Shown piece by piece: positions 1 to 9,536 of a stretch of DNA of 64,000 nucleotides. How positions within the stretch are numbered: the stretch's first letter is position 1; each line of letters begins with the position of its first letter. Below the pieces are notes generated by a model, which did not search any database, had not been told where the DNA came from, and saw nothing but the letters and a program-made list of their open reading frames with translations. The translations under genes and the position numbers were made by a program. Source of the DNA: Acholeplasmataceae bacterium (lineage in GTDB: Bacteria > Bacillota_I > Bacilli_A > Acholeplasmatales > Acholeplasmataceae); contig OY763415.1 of assembly GCA_963667565.1 (NCBI GenBank), forward strand, positions 480,001 through 544,000, given 5' to 3'.

Positions 1-1
1 A

Positions 2-328
2 ATAGATTGGAATACATATCAAAAACAAGTTATAAAAAAACATATCAATGATAAGTTTGAAACAACTGGTCAACTCTATGAACTTGATTTAATCCATGAG
101 GATCGTTTGTTTAAAGGTGATTACAACATCAGTCTAAACAAAAATGAATTTAAACTAATAAACGAAGCACATGAATTTAAATTTGACATAGAACTTATGA
201 ATGGTATGACCATAACTCAAAAAAACAAACTATCATTTGACTATGAAGCATATACATATCTAATTAAAATGAATCACTCAATGTTGTTTCATGATTTAAT
301 CAAACTTAAAAGAGGAGAAAAACTATGA
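2..328 (+). CDS. Hypothetical protein, 5'-truncated by the window edge
   Basis: The frame is open from position 2 (IDWNTYQKQVIKK...) through the listed 107..328 ORF; its stop overlaps the next ATG (ATGA). Confidence 0.6.
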   Translation: MDWNTYQKQVIKKHINDKFETTGQLYELDLIHEDRLFKGDYNISLNKNEFKLINEAHEFKFDIELMNGMTITQKNKLSFDYEAYTYLIKMNHSMLFHDLIKLKRGEKL

Positions 329-1698
329 CAGAATGGGGAATTATTTTATATTTCTTATTATTAGGCGTTTTAATGTTTATTGCCAAAGTTTTGAAAACTT
401 GGTTACCTGGATTAAATAAAGTTGTTATTCCAACTGCATTATTAGCTGGGATTATTGGTTTAGTCGTATCACTTGTATTTGCACCAATCATTATTGGTGA
501 AGAAACTTTTTATGATACAGATTTATTAGGAAACATCGTGTATCATGCACTAGCTATTGGATTTTTAGCTTTATCATTAAAAAGAACACCTGTTGGTCAA
601 AAAGAATCTAAGAAAAAGATTTGGTCAACTGGTATGATTATTACATCCACCTATGCTTTGCAAGCAGCTATTGGTATTTTATTGGTATTTTTATTCTTTA
701 ATGAAAAATTCATAGGATCAGGAATGCTTGTAGCATTGGGTTTTGGACAAGGACCTGGACTCGCATTATCTATTGGTAATATGTGGTCTGACCTACTTGG
801 TGGTAATGGAGGAACTTTAGGTGTTTCTTATGCATTCTTAGGATTTGTTTTTGGTGGAACTATTGGTGTTGTCATCATCAATATATTTGCAAGAAGAAAA
901 GGTATTTCTAAACCAGAATCATATCAAGAAGATAGTAGTATTAAAGAGACTATTGAGATTGAAACAGTTAAAGAAATAAGTATACTTGATGGTTTAACGA
1001 CCCAAGCAATTATTATTGCAGTCATTTATGGTGCAGTTTATTTAACACTTCTTGGATTATATTATTTACTTGGACTTCTTGGAAATGCAGGTATGAGTAT
1101 CTTTGGTTTAATTAGAGGATTTAATTTCATTATTGCTATTTTATATGCTTTATTATATAAACAAGGATTAAAGGCACTTGAGAAAAAAGGTAAAAATGTT
1201 CGATTTATGACAAATAACTATGTCTTATCAAACATTACTTCATTTGCATTTAATATTATGATTGCAGGATCTGTATTAACAATTACACTTGATTTCTTAT
1301 CAGCATATGGTGTTCAACTTATCGTAACAGCAGTTGTTGCAGGAACAGCAACATTATTCTATTTAAGATATATGACTAAAAAGGTTTATACACAGTTCCA
1401 AGATGAATATTTTATTGGACTATTTGGAATGTTAACAGGTGTTGCATCAACTGGATTAGCATTACTTAAAGGTATCGATCCAAAACTTGAAACGCCAGTA
1501 TCAGAAGAAATGGTTTTAGGTTCTGGTACTGCAATTAGTATGGCACTACCATTGTTTGTATTACTATTTATACCAACATTTACAGCAAACCTAGGCAATG
1601 CCGCACTATGGAATATCGTGACTTTCGTTGGAATTGTCTTATACATCTTAGTGATGGTGACCATTTTAATGATTCGTGGTAAACGCACAAAAGCATAA
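325..1698 (+). CDS. Sodium/glutamate symporter (GltS/ESS family) membrane transporter
   Basis: 457 aa with about 12 hydrophobic segments; motifs IPTALLAGIIGL, GFGQGPG and FGMLTG; RBS AGAGGAG. Confidence 0.75.
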   Translation: MTEWGIILYFLLLGVLMFIAKVLKTWLPGLNKVVIPTALLAGIIGLVVSLVFAPIIIGEETFYDTDLLGNIVYHALAIGFLALSLKRTPVGQKESKKKIWSTGMIITSTYALQAAIGILLVFLFFNEKFIGSGMLVALGFGQGPGLALSIGNMWSDLLGGNGGTLGVSYAFLGFVFGGTIGVVIINIFARRKGISKPESYQEDSSIKETIEIETVKEISILDGLTTQAIIIAVIYGAVYLTLLGLYYLLGLLGNAGMSIFGLIRGFNFIIAILYALLYKQGLKALEKKGKNVRFMTNNYVLSNITSFAFNIMIAGSVLTITLDFLSAYGVQLIVTAVVAGTATLFYLRYMTKKVYTQFQDEYFIGLFGMLTGVASTGLALLKGIDPKLETPVSEEMVLGSGTAISMALPLFVLLFIPTFTANLGNAALWNIVTFVGIVLYILVMVTILMIRGKRTKA

Positions 1699-1704
1699 AA
1701 ATAA

Positions 1705-1735
1705 AGGTACACAAGATAAATTGTGTACCTTTTTT
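1705..1735. terminator. Bidirectional intrinsic terminator
   Basis: AAAGGTACACAA-loop-TTGTGTACCTTT hairpin with A and T tracts, between convergent genes. Confidence 0.8.
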
Positions 1736-2534
1736 ATTGCTTTGGATAAATACCTAAAATTTTAATCGTATATGCATCTTTAGTCGTTTGAATTAAACTG
1801 TCTATTTCATCATATACATGATTATTGGCATCAAACTCAATGAAGAAGAAGTATTTTCCCATCATATTTTTCTGAGGTCTTGACATAATTGATGTTAAAT
1901 TGATATGTGCCTTTTTAAACACGGAAAGTATATCATATAATAAACCAGGACGATCAATGGTTGGAATAACAACTAAAGATACTTTAAGTGATTTATTTTG
2001 ATAAATGGATTGTTGTTTAGAGATGACCATAAATCGTGTATAATTTTGTTTGGAATCTGTCACATTAAGATGATGATCTAAACTTGAGACAAGATGCGTT
2101 GGAACAATAGCTGCATCTTCTAAACTTCCTTCATGGTATAACTTATAAGATTGTGTATTGCTATGTGTTAACGTAAGATTGATTTGATTGAGTGTTTCTA
2201 TATATTGTTGACATTGTCCCTTTGCAGCAAATTGGACATAAATATTTTTAATATCACTTGGTTGTTTTTTATACACTAAAGCAAATTGAACATAAACGAA
2301 AAGTTCTTGTTCTATATAGACTTCATTAGAAATCAAAAAATCAATCATTTGTTGAACATATCCCTCTAAAGTATTTTCAAGTGGGACAATGATTTTATCT
2401 AGTGTCTGTAATGATTTTGTTGTTTCTTCTAAAGTCTGAAAATAGATAGCTTTTGCTTGTGGATTTTCTTTTTTATATTGTAAAAATGCGACTTCACTAA
2501 ATGTCCCTTTTGGGCCTAGTATACCAATGTTCAT
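1734..2534 (-). CDS. pheA: Prephenate dehydratase with C-terminal ACT domain
   Basis: LGPKGTFSE, VPLENTLEG, NYTRF and DRPGLL...LTSIMSRP motifs; start moved to MNIGILG. Confidence 0.85.
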   Translation of the reverse strand: MNIGILGPKGTFSEVAFLQYKKENPQAKAIYFQTLEETTKSLQTLDKIIVPLENTLEGYVQQMIDFLISNEVYIEQELFVYVQFALVYKKQPSDIKNIYVQFAAKGQCQQYIETLNQINLTLTHSNTQSYKLYHEGSLEDAAIVPTHLVSSLDHHLNVTDSKQNYTRFMVISKQQSIYQNKSLKVSLVVIPTIDRPGLLYDILSVFKKAHINLTSIMSRPQKNMMGKYFFFIEFDANNHVYDEIDSLIQTTKDAYTIKILGIYPKQ

Positions 2535-2666
2535 ATCATCATTCCATTTCTTATATGTATTGTAACATATAATTTGGGAATTGAACACATGACAATAGCT
2601 AATCAAGATGTTATAATAGAAGTATAAAATACTATGAATAATTAAATCAGTGAAGGAGCTATTTTA

Positions 2667-3065
2667 ATGAATATTTTATTTTGGTTAACACCTAAAGAAA
2701 AAGTAGCCTTTATTCATCATGATTCAACGCTTAGACAAGCACTTGAAAAGATGGAATTGTATCGATATTCCACAATCCCTATTCTTGATAAAGAAGGGCA
2801 TTATTACGGTACAATTAGCGAAGGGGATTTATTGTGGTATATAAAAGAACATCATGTTGATTTTAAAAAAAGTGAAAAAATTAAAATCGAATCTATACCT
2901 AGAAACAAAGATAATAGAAAAATAACGATTCAGACACAGATGGAAGATATATTACATGTTGCTGCACAACAAAATTTCATTCCAGTTGTTGATGATTATG
3001 ATTTTTTTATAGGTATCATTACAAGAAAGTCAATTTTTGAATATATGATGAAAAAGAAGAAGTGA
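2667..3065 (+). CDS. Tandem CBS-domain protein (YkuL/DarB-like)
   Basis: YSTIPILD...YGTISEGD and FIPVVDD...GIITRK CBS motifs; RBS AAGGAG. Confidence 0.8.
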   Translation: MNILFWLTPKEKVAFIHHDSTLRQALEKMELYRYSTIPILDKEGHYYGTISEGDLLWYIKEHHVDFKKSEKIKIESIPRNKDNRKITIQTQMEDILHVAAQQNFIPVVDDYDFFIGIITRKSIFEYMMKKKK

Positions 3066-3160
3066 AATGACTTTTTCTTTTAATTTATAACAACTTTATT
3101 GTAAAATAAACATATAGAACAGTCATGCATGATCTAACAACCATAAAAGGAGTTGATTCA

Positions 3161-3772
3161 ATGATTCATATCTTTAAAAGAGGAACAAGTGAAATCACAT
3201 TATGTTTATTACATAGTGAAGGTCATGATGAAAACGAACTCATGCATGTTGCTAAAGTGATTGATCCTCATGCAAATATTTTAGCCATCAGAGGTAATGT
3301 GATTGAAAATGGAGTCTATCGTTTTTGTAAAAGAAAAACGATGGGTGTTTATGATGAAAAGAGTTTGATTGAAGAAACACATCGGTTAAAATCATTTATC
3401 AATGAGTCAGCAAGATCGTTTGGATTTGATATCAATAAAGTTGTTGTCATCGGAAATGGATGTGGTGCTAATATTGCTATAAATATGCTCTTGCACTACG
3501 ACAAAGCTTTTCATAAAGCGATTTTATTTCATCCTATGATTCCTAAACGTATCACAAACTTACCTAATTTAAATCAATGTAAAATATTTATTGGTGCGGG
3601 TGAAAATGATTATTTAACACCACAACATGAAGTCGTTGAGCTTACACAAATACTTCAAAGTGCAAATGCCATTGTTGATGTTTACTTTACTAAATATGGA
3701 CATCAGTTATCTAAAGATGAAATAGAGGCTGCTAGAATTTGGTGCAAGGAAAAAGTGATTTATGATGTTTGA
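3161..3772 (+). CDS. Alpha/beta hydrolase-fold protein (MhqD/carboxylesterase-like), nucleophile site altered
   Basis: IRGNVIENG..RF, AILFHPM, IGAGEND and GHQL motifs; elbow reads GNGCGA; RBS AAGGAG before MIHIFK. Confidence 0.75.
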   Translation: MIHIFKRGTSEITLCLLHSEGHDENELMHVAKVIDPHANILAIRGNVIENGVYRFCKRKTMGVYDEKSLIEETHRLKSFINESARSFGFDINKVVVIGNGCGANIAINMLLHYDKAFHKAILFHPMIPKRITNLPNLNQCKIFIGAGENDYLTPQHEVVELTQILQSANAIVDVYFTKYGHQLSKDEIEAARIWCKEKVIYDV

Positions 3773-4076
3773 TATCACAGAAAAAGACATTCATCAAGCA
3801 AAAGAAACGCTTCTCATATCCAAAGACCCTTTAGTATTTAAAGTGTTTCCGAAAAAAGAGAAGCGTAAATATATACTTATTTGTATGCTTGTTCATTTGT
3901 TTAATGAACAACATTCATATAGTGAATTTGAAATCAATGATCTATTAAAACCAGTGTATGAAGATTTTGCAACATTAAGAAGATATTTAATTGATTATCA
4001 TCTATTAAGACGTACACCTGATGGAAGGGTTTATCAATTAAATGTTCATAAAAAGGATTATGAATCCTATTTATAG
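3762..4076 (+). CDS. DUF2087-family protein
   Basis: FPKKEKRK, YSEFEIN and DFATLRRYLIDYHLL.R motifs. Confidence 0.8.
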   Translation: MMFDITEKDIHQAKETLLISKDPLVFKVFPKKEKRKYILICMLVHLFNEQHSYSEFEINDLLKPVYEDFATLRRYLIDYHLLRRTPDGRVYQLNVHKKDYESYL

Positions 4077-4676
4077 ACAAGCTTCGATGATTGTTTCTAA
4101 GGCTTTAACTGATTGTTTTAGTGGTAAATGAGGTGTGGTTTCATCTTTAATTTGAGACTCGACATAAGGAAAATGGATAAAGCCAGCAACAATGTTGCTT
4201 GCTTTTTTTTCTTGAAGATAATGAAGCACTAAATACATCACATGATTACACACAAAAGTACCAGCAGAATTAGAAATAATAGAAGGTATGTTTATAGAAT
4301 CTAATGCGGCTTTGATCTTCTTGATAGGTAATGTTGAAAAATAAGCATTTTCACCTTTATCTTTAATGGGTAAATCAATGGGTTGATTTCCTAAATTATC
4401 TTTGATTCTAGCGTCATCAATATTGATAGCCACACGTTCGATCCTAATCTCTTTTGTTAATCCTGCTTCACCTAATAAAATGATAATATCTGGAGATAAA
4501 ATATCGATTTTTGCAGAGATAATATCTTCAACTGTTTGAAAAATAGTCGGAAGAATAAGTGTATGTATTTGATATGTTTTTGACAATATTTCTAAGTGTT
4601 TTAACACTTCAAGAGATGCGTTTTTTTGTTGACCACCAAACGGATCAAACGCAGTAATGAGTATTTTTTTCATCAT
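4071..4676 (-). CDS. pcp: Pyroglutamyl-peptidase I
   Basis: ILITAFDPFGG, IERVAIN, AYFSTLP, SAGTFVCN (catalytic Cys) and GFIHFP. Confidence 0.92.
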   Translation of the reverse strand: MMKKILITAFDPFGGQQKNASLEVLKHLEILSKTYQIHTLILPTIFQTVEDIISAKIDILSPDIIILLGEAGLTKEIRIERVAINIDDARIKDNLGNQPIDLPIKDKGENAYFSTLPIKKIKAALDSINIPSIISNSAGTFVCNHVMYLVLHYLQEKKASNIVAGFIHFPYVESQIKDETTPHLPLKQSVKALETIIEACL

Positions 4677-4769
4677 AAAACTCCTTTTAAATATCATATC
4701 ATATTTATTTGATAATAAAGAGAAATAATGTGATTTTAAAATGATAACGTTAACAAATATATATATTTG

Positions 4770-4798
4770 TTGACAAGGTTTCTAAAATAGCGTATATT
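4770..4798 (+). promoter_or_regulatory. Sigma-A-type promoter of the CoA-disulfide reductase fusion gene
   Basis: TTGACA-N17-TATATT upstream of RBS GGAGG. Confidence 0.6.
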
Positions 4799-4811
4799 TA
4801 TCTCGGAGGTA

Positions 4812-7319
4812 ATGAACATGAACAAAAAAATAGTCATTATAGGTGGGGTTGCTGGTGGTGCTACAACAGCTGCTCGTTTACGCCGACTCGATGAATTTGC
4901 AGATATCATTTTATTTGAACGCGGGGAATATATTTCATTTGCAAATTGTGGTTTACCATATCATGTTGGTGGAGTGATTCCATCAAGAGATGCATTAGTC
5001 GTCCAAACACCTGAAGATATGCACCAAAAATTTAATATTGATGTCCGTATTTTTTCTGAAGTTATCGACATGGATGTTAAAGCAAAAACAGTCACAGTAA
5101 AAAATGTAAAAACTGGTGAAGAATATGTTGAATCATATGATAAAGCAGTTATTTCAACAGGTGCGCAACCTATTATGCCACCTATCCCAGGAATTAAAGA
5201 AGCTAAAAATTTATTTAAATTAAGAAACATTCCAGATATGGATGAAATCATTTCATTTATTGAAACTGAAAAACCTAAGAAAGCTGTCGTTATCGGTGGT
5301 GGTTTTATTGGTGTTGAAATGATGGAAAACTTAGCACATCGTGGATTACAAGTGACATTAGTAGAAATGGCACCACAAGTGATGAATATGTTTGACTATG
5401 AAATGGCTCAAATTATTCATGAACATATGGTTGATAACAATGTTGGTCTTATTTTAAATGATGGCGTTAAATCATTTGAACTTGAAGGTAAGGAAATTAT
5501 ATTACAATCAGGAACTAAATTGTTAACAGATTTAATTATTTTTGCAATTGGTGTTAGACCAGATAATGAGATTGCTAAAAAAGCAAATCTTGAATTAACA
5601 CAACGTGGTTCAGTGAAAGTTAATGAATACTTACAAACTTCAAATAAAGATGTTTATGCGATTGGTGATGTCATTGATGTTAAAAATTTAGCGACAAATG
5701 AAGTGATGAATGCTGCACTTGCGGGTCCTGCAAATAAACAAGGACGCTTTGTAGCAAATCATATTTGTGGTATTGAAGATAAATATCAAGGTACACTTGC
5801 AACTTCTGCAGCTAAGATTTTTGATTTAACAGTTGGTTCAGTTGGAGCAAATGAAAAATCACTTAAAGCATTAAAATTACCATTTAAGAGTATTCATATT
5901 CATCCAATGAGTCACGCAAGTTATTACCCAGGTGCTCAAACAATTAATATGAAGGTTTTATACAATCCTGAAACATTAGAAATTTATGGTGCTCAAGCGA
6001 TTGGTGGTGAAGGTGTTGATAAACGTATCGACGTTATGGCTACAGCAATTTATGCTAAAATGTCAGTCATCGATCTTAAACACTTAGATTTAGCATACGC
6101 ACCTCCATTCTCATCAGCTAAAGACCCAGTTAATATGATTGGTTTCGTTGCTGAAAATATTAAAAATGGTTTAGTATCAACTGTTTCATGGCAAGATATG
6201 CAAGAACTAGCAGCTAAAGGTAGTTTTATTTTAGATGCTAGAGAAAGAGCTGAATATATTCTTGATTATTTACCAGGATCAGTCAATATTCCTTTATCAG
6301 AAATTAGAAATCGTTTAGATGAAATTCCTAAAGATAGAGAAATCTATGTATACTGTGCTGTTGGTGTTAGAGGATATGCTGCAACTCGTGTCTTATTACA
6401 AAATGGATTTAATGCTAAAAACTTAGATGGTGGATTTAAATCATATAGTTGTGTATTTGATCATGATGGTCATGAAGTGTGTTTCACACTTGTTGATGAC
6501 TTTGGAGTTCCAGTTGTTGATATTCCTAAACTTGAAGAAGCAGTACCAGTTGTCAGTGATGCAAGCATCTCATTAACTGTTGATGCATGTGGATTACAAT
6601 GTCCAGGTCCAATCGTTCAAGTTTATAAAAATATGGAAACACTTAAAGATGGTGATGTGTTAGAAGTTAAAGCAACTGATCCAGGATTTAAGAAAGATAT
6701 TAAAACTTGGGCTGATCGTACAGGTAATAGTTTATTAAATCTTAACCAAGAAGGTAAAGTTATTACTGCTCAAATCCAAAAAGGTGTTAATAAGAATATG
6801 CCTAAAGCTGCTGAAAAGCAACAACAAGGATTTGAAGTTCAAGAGTCTAAGAATGGTACAACTATTGTCGTATTCTCACAAGATTTAGATAAAGCAATCG
6901 CTGCATTCATCATTGCAAGTGGTGCTAAATCAATGGGCAAAGACGTTTCATTATTCTTTACATTCTGGGGTTTAAACATTTTAAGAAAACCTAAGAAAGT
7001 AAGAGTTAAGAAAACACTTATTGAAAAAATGTTTGGTAAGATGATGCCTAGAGGTGTTAAGAAATTACCTATTTCTAATATGAACATGTTAGGTATGGGT
7101 CCTAAGATGATTAAAATGATCATGAAGAAGAAAAATGTTGATTCACTCCAAGTCCTTATGCAAAATGCTATGGAAATGGGTGTTAAGATTACAGCTTGTG
7201 CAATGTCTATGGATATCATGGGTATTAAACAAGAAGAACTTATTGATGGTATTGAAGTTGCAGGTGTTGCTACTTACTTAGGTGACACACAAGATGCAAA
7301 TCATAATTTATTCATCTAA
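4812..7319 (+). CDS. CoA-disulfide/persulfide reductase fused to rhodanese, TusA-like and DsrE2-like domains
   Basis: GGVAGG FAD site, SFANCGLPY redox Cys, GGGFIG NAD site and YAPPFS; rhodanese YCAVGVRG; TusA DACGLQCPGP; DsrE2 LFFTFWGL...ACAMSMD. Confidence 0.88.
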   Translation: MNMNKKIVIIGGVAGGATTAARLRRLDEFADIILFERGEYISFANCGLPYHVGGVIPSRDALVVQTPEDMHQKFNIDVRIFSEVIDMDVKAKTVTVKNVKTGEEYVESYDKAVISTGAQPIMPPIPGIKEAKNLFKLRNIPDMDEIISFIETEKPKKAVVIGGGFIGVEMMENLAHRGLQVTLVEMAPQVMNMFDYEMAQIIHEHMVDNNVGLILNDGVKSFELEGKEIILQSGTKLLTDLIIFAIGVRPDNEIAKKANLELTQRGSVKVNEYLQTSNKDVYAIGDVIDVKNLATNEVMNAALAGPANKQGRFVANHICGIEDKYQGTLATSAAKIFDLTVGSVGANEKSLKALKLPFKSIHIHPMSHASYYPGAQTINMKVLYNPETLEIYGAQAIGGEGVDKRIDVMATAIYAKMSVIDLKHLDLAYAPPFSSAKDPVNMIGFVAENIKNGLVSTVSWQDMQELAAKGSFILDARERAEYILDYLPGSVNIPLSEIRNRLDEIPKDREIYVYCAVGVRGYAATRVLLQNGFNAKNLDGGFKSYSCVFDHDGHEVCFTLVDDFGVPVVDIPKLEEAVPVVSDASISLTVDACGLQCPGPIVQVYKNMETLKDGDVLEVKATDPGFKKDIKTWADRTGNSLLNLNQEGKVITAQIQKGVNKNMPKAAEKQQQGFEVQESKNGTTIVVFSQDLDKAIAAFIIASGAKSMGKDVSLFFTFWGLNILRKPKKVRVKKTLIEKMFGKMMPRGVKKLPISNMNMLGMGPKMIKMIMKKKNVDSLQVLMQNAMEMGVKITACAMSMDIMGIKQEELIDGIEVAGVATYLGDTQDANHNLFI

Positions 7320-7330
7320 AATAAACTTTT

Positions 7331-7358
7331 AAAAAGATGTCAAATGGCATCTTTTTTT
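7331..7358 (+). terminator. Intrinsic terminator
   Basis: AAAAAGATGTC-AAAT-GGCATCTTTTTTT. Confidence 0.75.
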
Positions 7359-7433
7359 GTTTTTTCAGCATAACCTTTTAAAAAAACTTGATTTATGTTA
7401 TAAATAGATTAGGTCAAAAAGGTAAGTGAATAT

Positions 7434-7964
7434 ATGAAAATTGAAAAATTAGACTATAGTGATTATCAAGGATATAAAATTAATGTAGATTATATCACTA
7501 GAGCATATCAAGACATTCAAATAAAAAAGCATCGAAAAGCTATATCGATTTCAATGAAAAGAAAACGTATGAAAAAGACAACAAAATCATATGATATTTC
7601 CTTATTTGCAGATTATATCAATCAACCTGTAGTCTTTGGTATGTTTGAAAGAAAAACACTCGTAGCAGTCATTGAAGGCGAATATATAGAATGGAATAAA
7701 ACGTTTCGTATTTGGGAAATATATATTCATCCAAAATATCGACGAAAAGGGTTAGGAAGTCAGCTTTTTAAGCATATTGAAAGACATGCAATGGATATCA
7801 AAGCTAGAGCGATAACACTAGAAGTTCAATCATGTAATGATCCCGCTATTTCTTTTTATGAATCTATGGGGATGCATTTCATTGGTTTAAACACTTTAGC
7901 ATATACTAATTATGATGTTCAAAATAAAGAAGTGTTATTAGAATATGGTAAAAGATTAGGATAA
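7434..7964 (+). CDS. GNAT-family N-acetyltransferase
   Basis: Acetyl-CoA motif IHPKYRRKGLGSQL and NDPAISFYESMG. Confidence 0.85.
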   Translation: MKIEKLDYSDYQGYKINVDYITRAYQDIQIKKHRKAISISMKRKRMKKTTKSYDISLFADYINQPVVFGMFERKTLVAVIEGEYIEWNKTFRIWEIYIHPKYRRKGLGSQLFKHIERHAMDIKARAITLEVQSCNDPAISFYESMGMHFIGLNTLAYTNYDVQNKEVLLEYGKRLG

Positions 7965-7978
7965 AAAAATAAAAGCGA

Positions 7979-8914
7979 TTAATTTTCGCTTTTTTTGTTA
8001 ACTTCTTTATAATATCTATCTATCACATGTTTTCTAAACTCTATTTCATAGTCTTCGTCAATAAGTGACTCAAATTTCTTGATTTTACTTGGATTTCCAT
8101 CAAGTTCTAATACATTAAAACATTTTTGTAAAGCAATTTCGAAATCTTCCATACGCTCCAATTTATAATATGCTAAAGATTGATAATAATACAAGTATTC
8201 ACTGATGTAGTAAGATTGAATTGCTAAATTTCGTTTTAAACCTATTTCACAAAAGTCCAGGACTAAATCATAATCCTCCCTAATACCAAATATTTTAGCA
8301 AATTTAGCAATAATAAGAATCAATATTCTTAGATTTCCTCCACCAATAATTTTTTCACCATTATTGAAGAAATAAAAAATTTTATCAACAATTTTCTTTT
8401 GATCAACTTTTCCAGACACATCCATCAAAAACGAAAGAATGAGTAATTCTATGTCAGTAATGATGTCATGCTTTAAAATTTGAGGATAGTTGAGCAATTC
8501 ACTTATTTTAGCACTTGCTAACTTATTATCAAGTTGATTTTGATAATAATCTTTAATAATAATACTAAAATCAAAAAACAGTTTATTAATTTTATCGACA
8601 AAAGTAATATTTTTATTTTCTTTCAACAAAGCATTAAATTTATCATAGTTATAGTTTACTGCATAATTATATAGTTTGTTTACAAAAGCAAACTCTTCAA
8701 ATCTTACGACTTCCATTTCTCTTAAGACTGACTCAGTTTTTAAACCTAGTTTATCAACCATTTGAACAAAAATGTGGAAAGGCATATCAGATTCACCATT
8801 GAGATAACGTCTATATTGACGAATTGAAACAATCCCAGAGACTAAATTTTCTTGGGACACTTTTCTTGCAGATCTAAATCGTTCAATATAAGTGCATAAT
8901 TCTCTTGATTCCAT
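7979..8914 (-). CDS. Rgg/PlcR-like (RRNPP-type) transcriptional regulator: XRE helix-turn-helix plus helical/TPR-like C-terminal domain
   Basis: N-terminus IERFRSARKVSQENLVSGIVSIRQYRRYLNGESDMPF is the Xre HTH typical of Rgg/PlcR; about 311 aa; TPR-like YLYYYQSLAYYKL; start placed at MESREL. Confidence 0.75.
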   Translation of the reverse strand: MESRELCTYIERFRSARKVSQENLVSGIVSIRQYRRYLNGESDMPFHIFVQMVDKLGLKTESVLREMEVVRFEEFAFVNKLYNYAVNYNYDKFNALLKENKNITFVDKINKLFFDFSIIIKDYYQNQLDNKLASAKISELLNYPQILKHDIITDIELLILSFLMDVSGKVDQKKIVDKIFYFFNNGEKIIGGGNLRILILIIAKFAKIFGIREDYDLVLDFCEIGLKRNLAIQSYYISEYLYYYQSLAYYKLERMEDFEIALQKCFNVLELDGNPSKIKKFESLIDEDYEIEFRKHVIDRYYKEVNKKSEN

Positions 8915-9048
8915 AAAAATTCTTCTTTCTTTCCACAAAAAGTCTTATTTTCTTCATTTTAGGTCATATCCGCCCTGTTTTTAATATGTTTTTCAAGTTA
9001 GAATTGAATTGTAAAGAAAAAATATTAATTAATTAGGAGAATTGAAAA

Positions 9049-9468
9049 ATGAGAAAAATGGTTAAATTAGTAGTTTTAGTATTAGCAGTCGTTGCTGCAG
9101 TAAGTTTATTTGTAAATGTTAACAATGGTAATATTTCATTAGATTTTAAGAATAGTGGTTCACCAGAATGGATTACAGATGACACTACATTAGATTTTAA
9201 GAATAGTGGTTCACCAGAATGGATTACAGATGACACTACATTAGATTTTAAGAATAGTGGTTCACCAGAATGGATTACAGATGACACTACATTAGATTTT
9301 AAGAATAGTGGTTCACCAGAATGGATTACAGATGACTCAGTAGTATTATATACAGGGATCACTGTAGCACTTCCAACATCTATTATTAAACAAATCGTAA
9401 GTAACGATAACGGTTTTAAAAACTCAGGTTTACCAGAAACTATAGAATTATCAATCATGGCACTATAA
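9049..9468 (+). CDS. Secreted repeat-containing peptide precursor (putative signalling propeptide)
   Basis: RBS AGGAGA; basic/hydrophobic N-terminus MRKMVKLVVLVLAVVAAVSLF; four copies of LDFKNSGSPEWITDD plus a variant GFKNSGLPET. Confidence 0.75.
   Translation: MRKMVKLVVLVLAVVAAVSLFVNVNNGNISLDFKNSGSPEWITDDTTLDFKNSGSPEWITDDTTLDFKNSGSPEWITDDTTLDFKNSGSPEWITDDSVVLYTGITVALPTSIIKQIVSNDNGFKNSGLPETIELSIMAL
9137..9336 (+). repeat. Perfect in-frame 51-bp tandem repeat, about 3.9 copies
   Basis: Unit CATTAGATTTTAAGAATAGTGGTTCACCAGAATGGATTACAGATGACACTA starts at 9137, 9188, 9239 and 9290 (the last copy is 47 bp). Confidence 0.97.
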
Positions 9469-9536
9469 GTAGCAACATAATTATTATATCACATAAAAAT
9501 TTAAGTTGAAGTGTATTTAAATAAGGAGAATCATTC

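Noticed and set aside
9137..9336. Tandem repeat as a CRISPR array
   Set aside because: The units are contiguous and identical with no unique spacers, the length is a multiple of 3 within an ORF, and there are no cas genes in the window.
9033..9458. 141-aa antisense ORF with repeats
   Set aside because: It is a shadow of the plus-strand precursor, which has the RBS, the signal peptide and the operon context.
9430..9468. LPET as a sortase LPxTG anchor
   Set aside because: It reads LPETI, with no Gly, no following TM segment and no basic tail.
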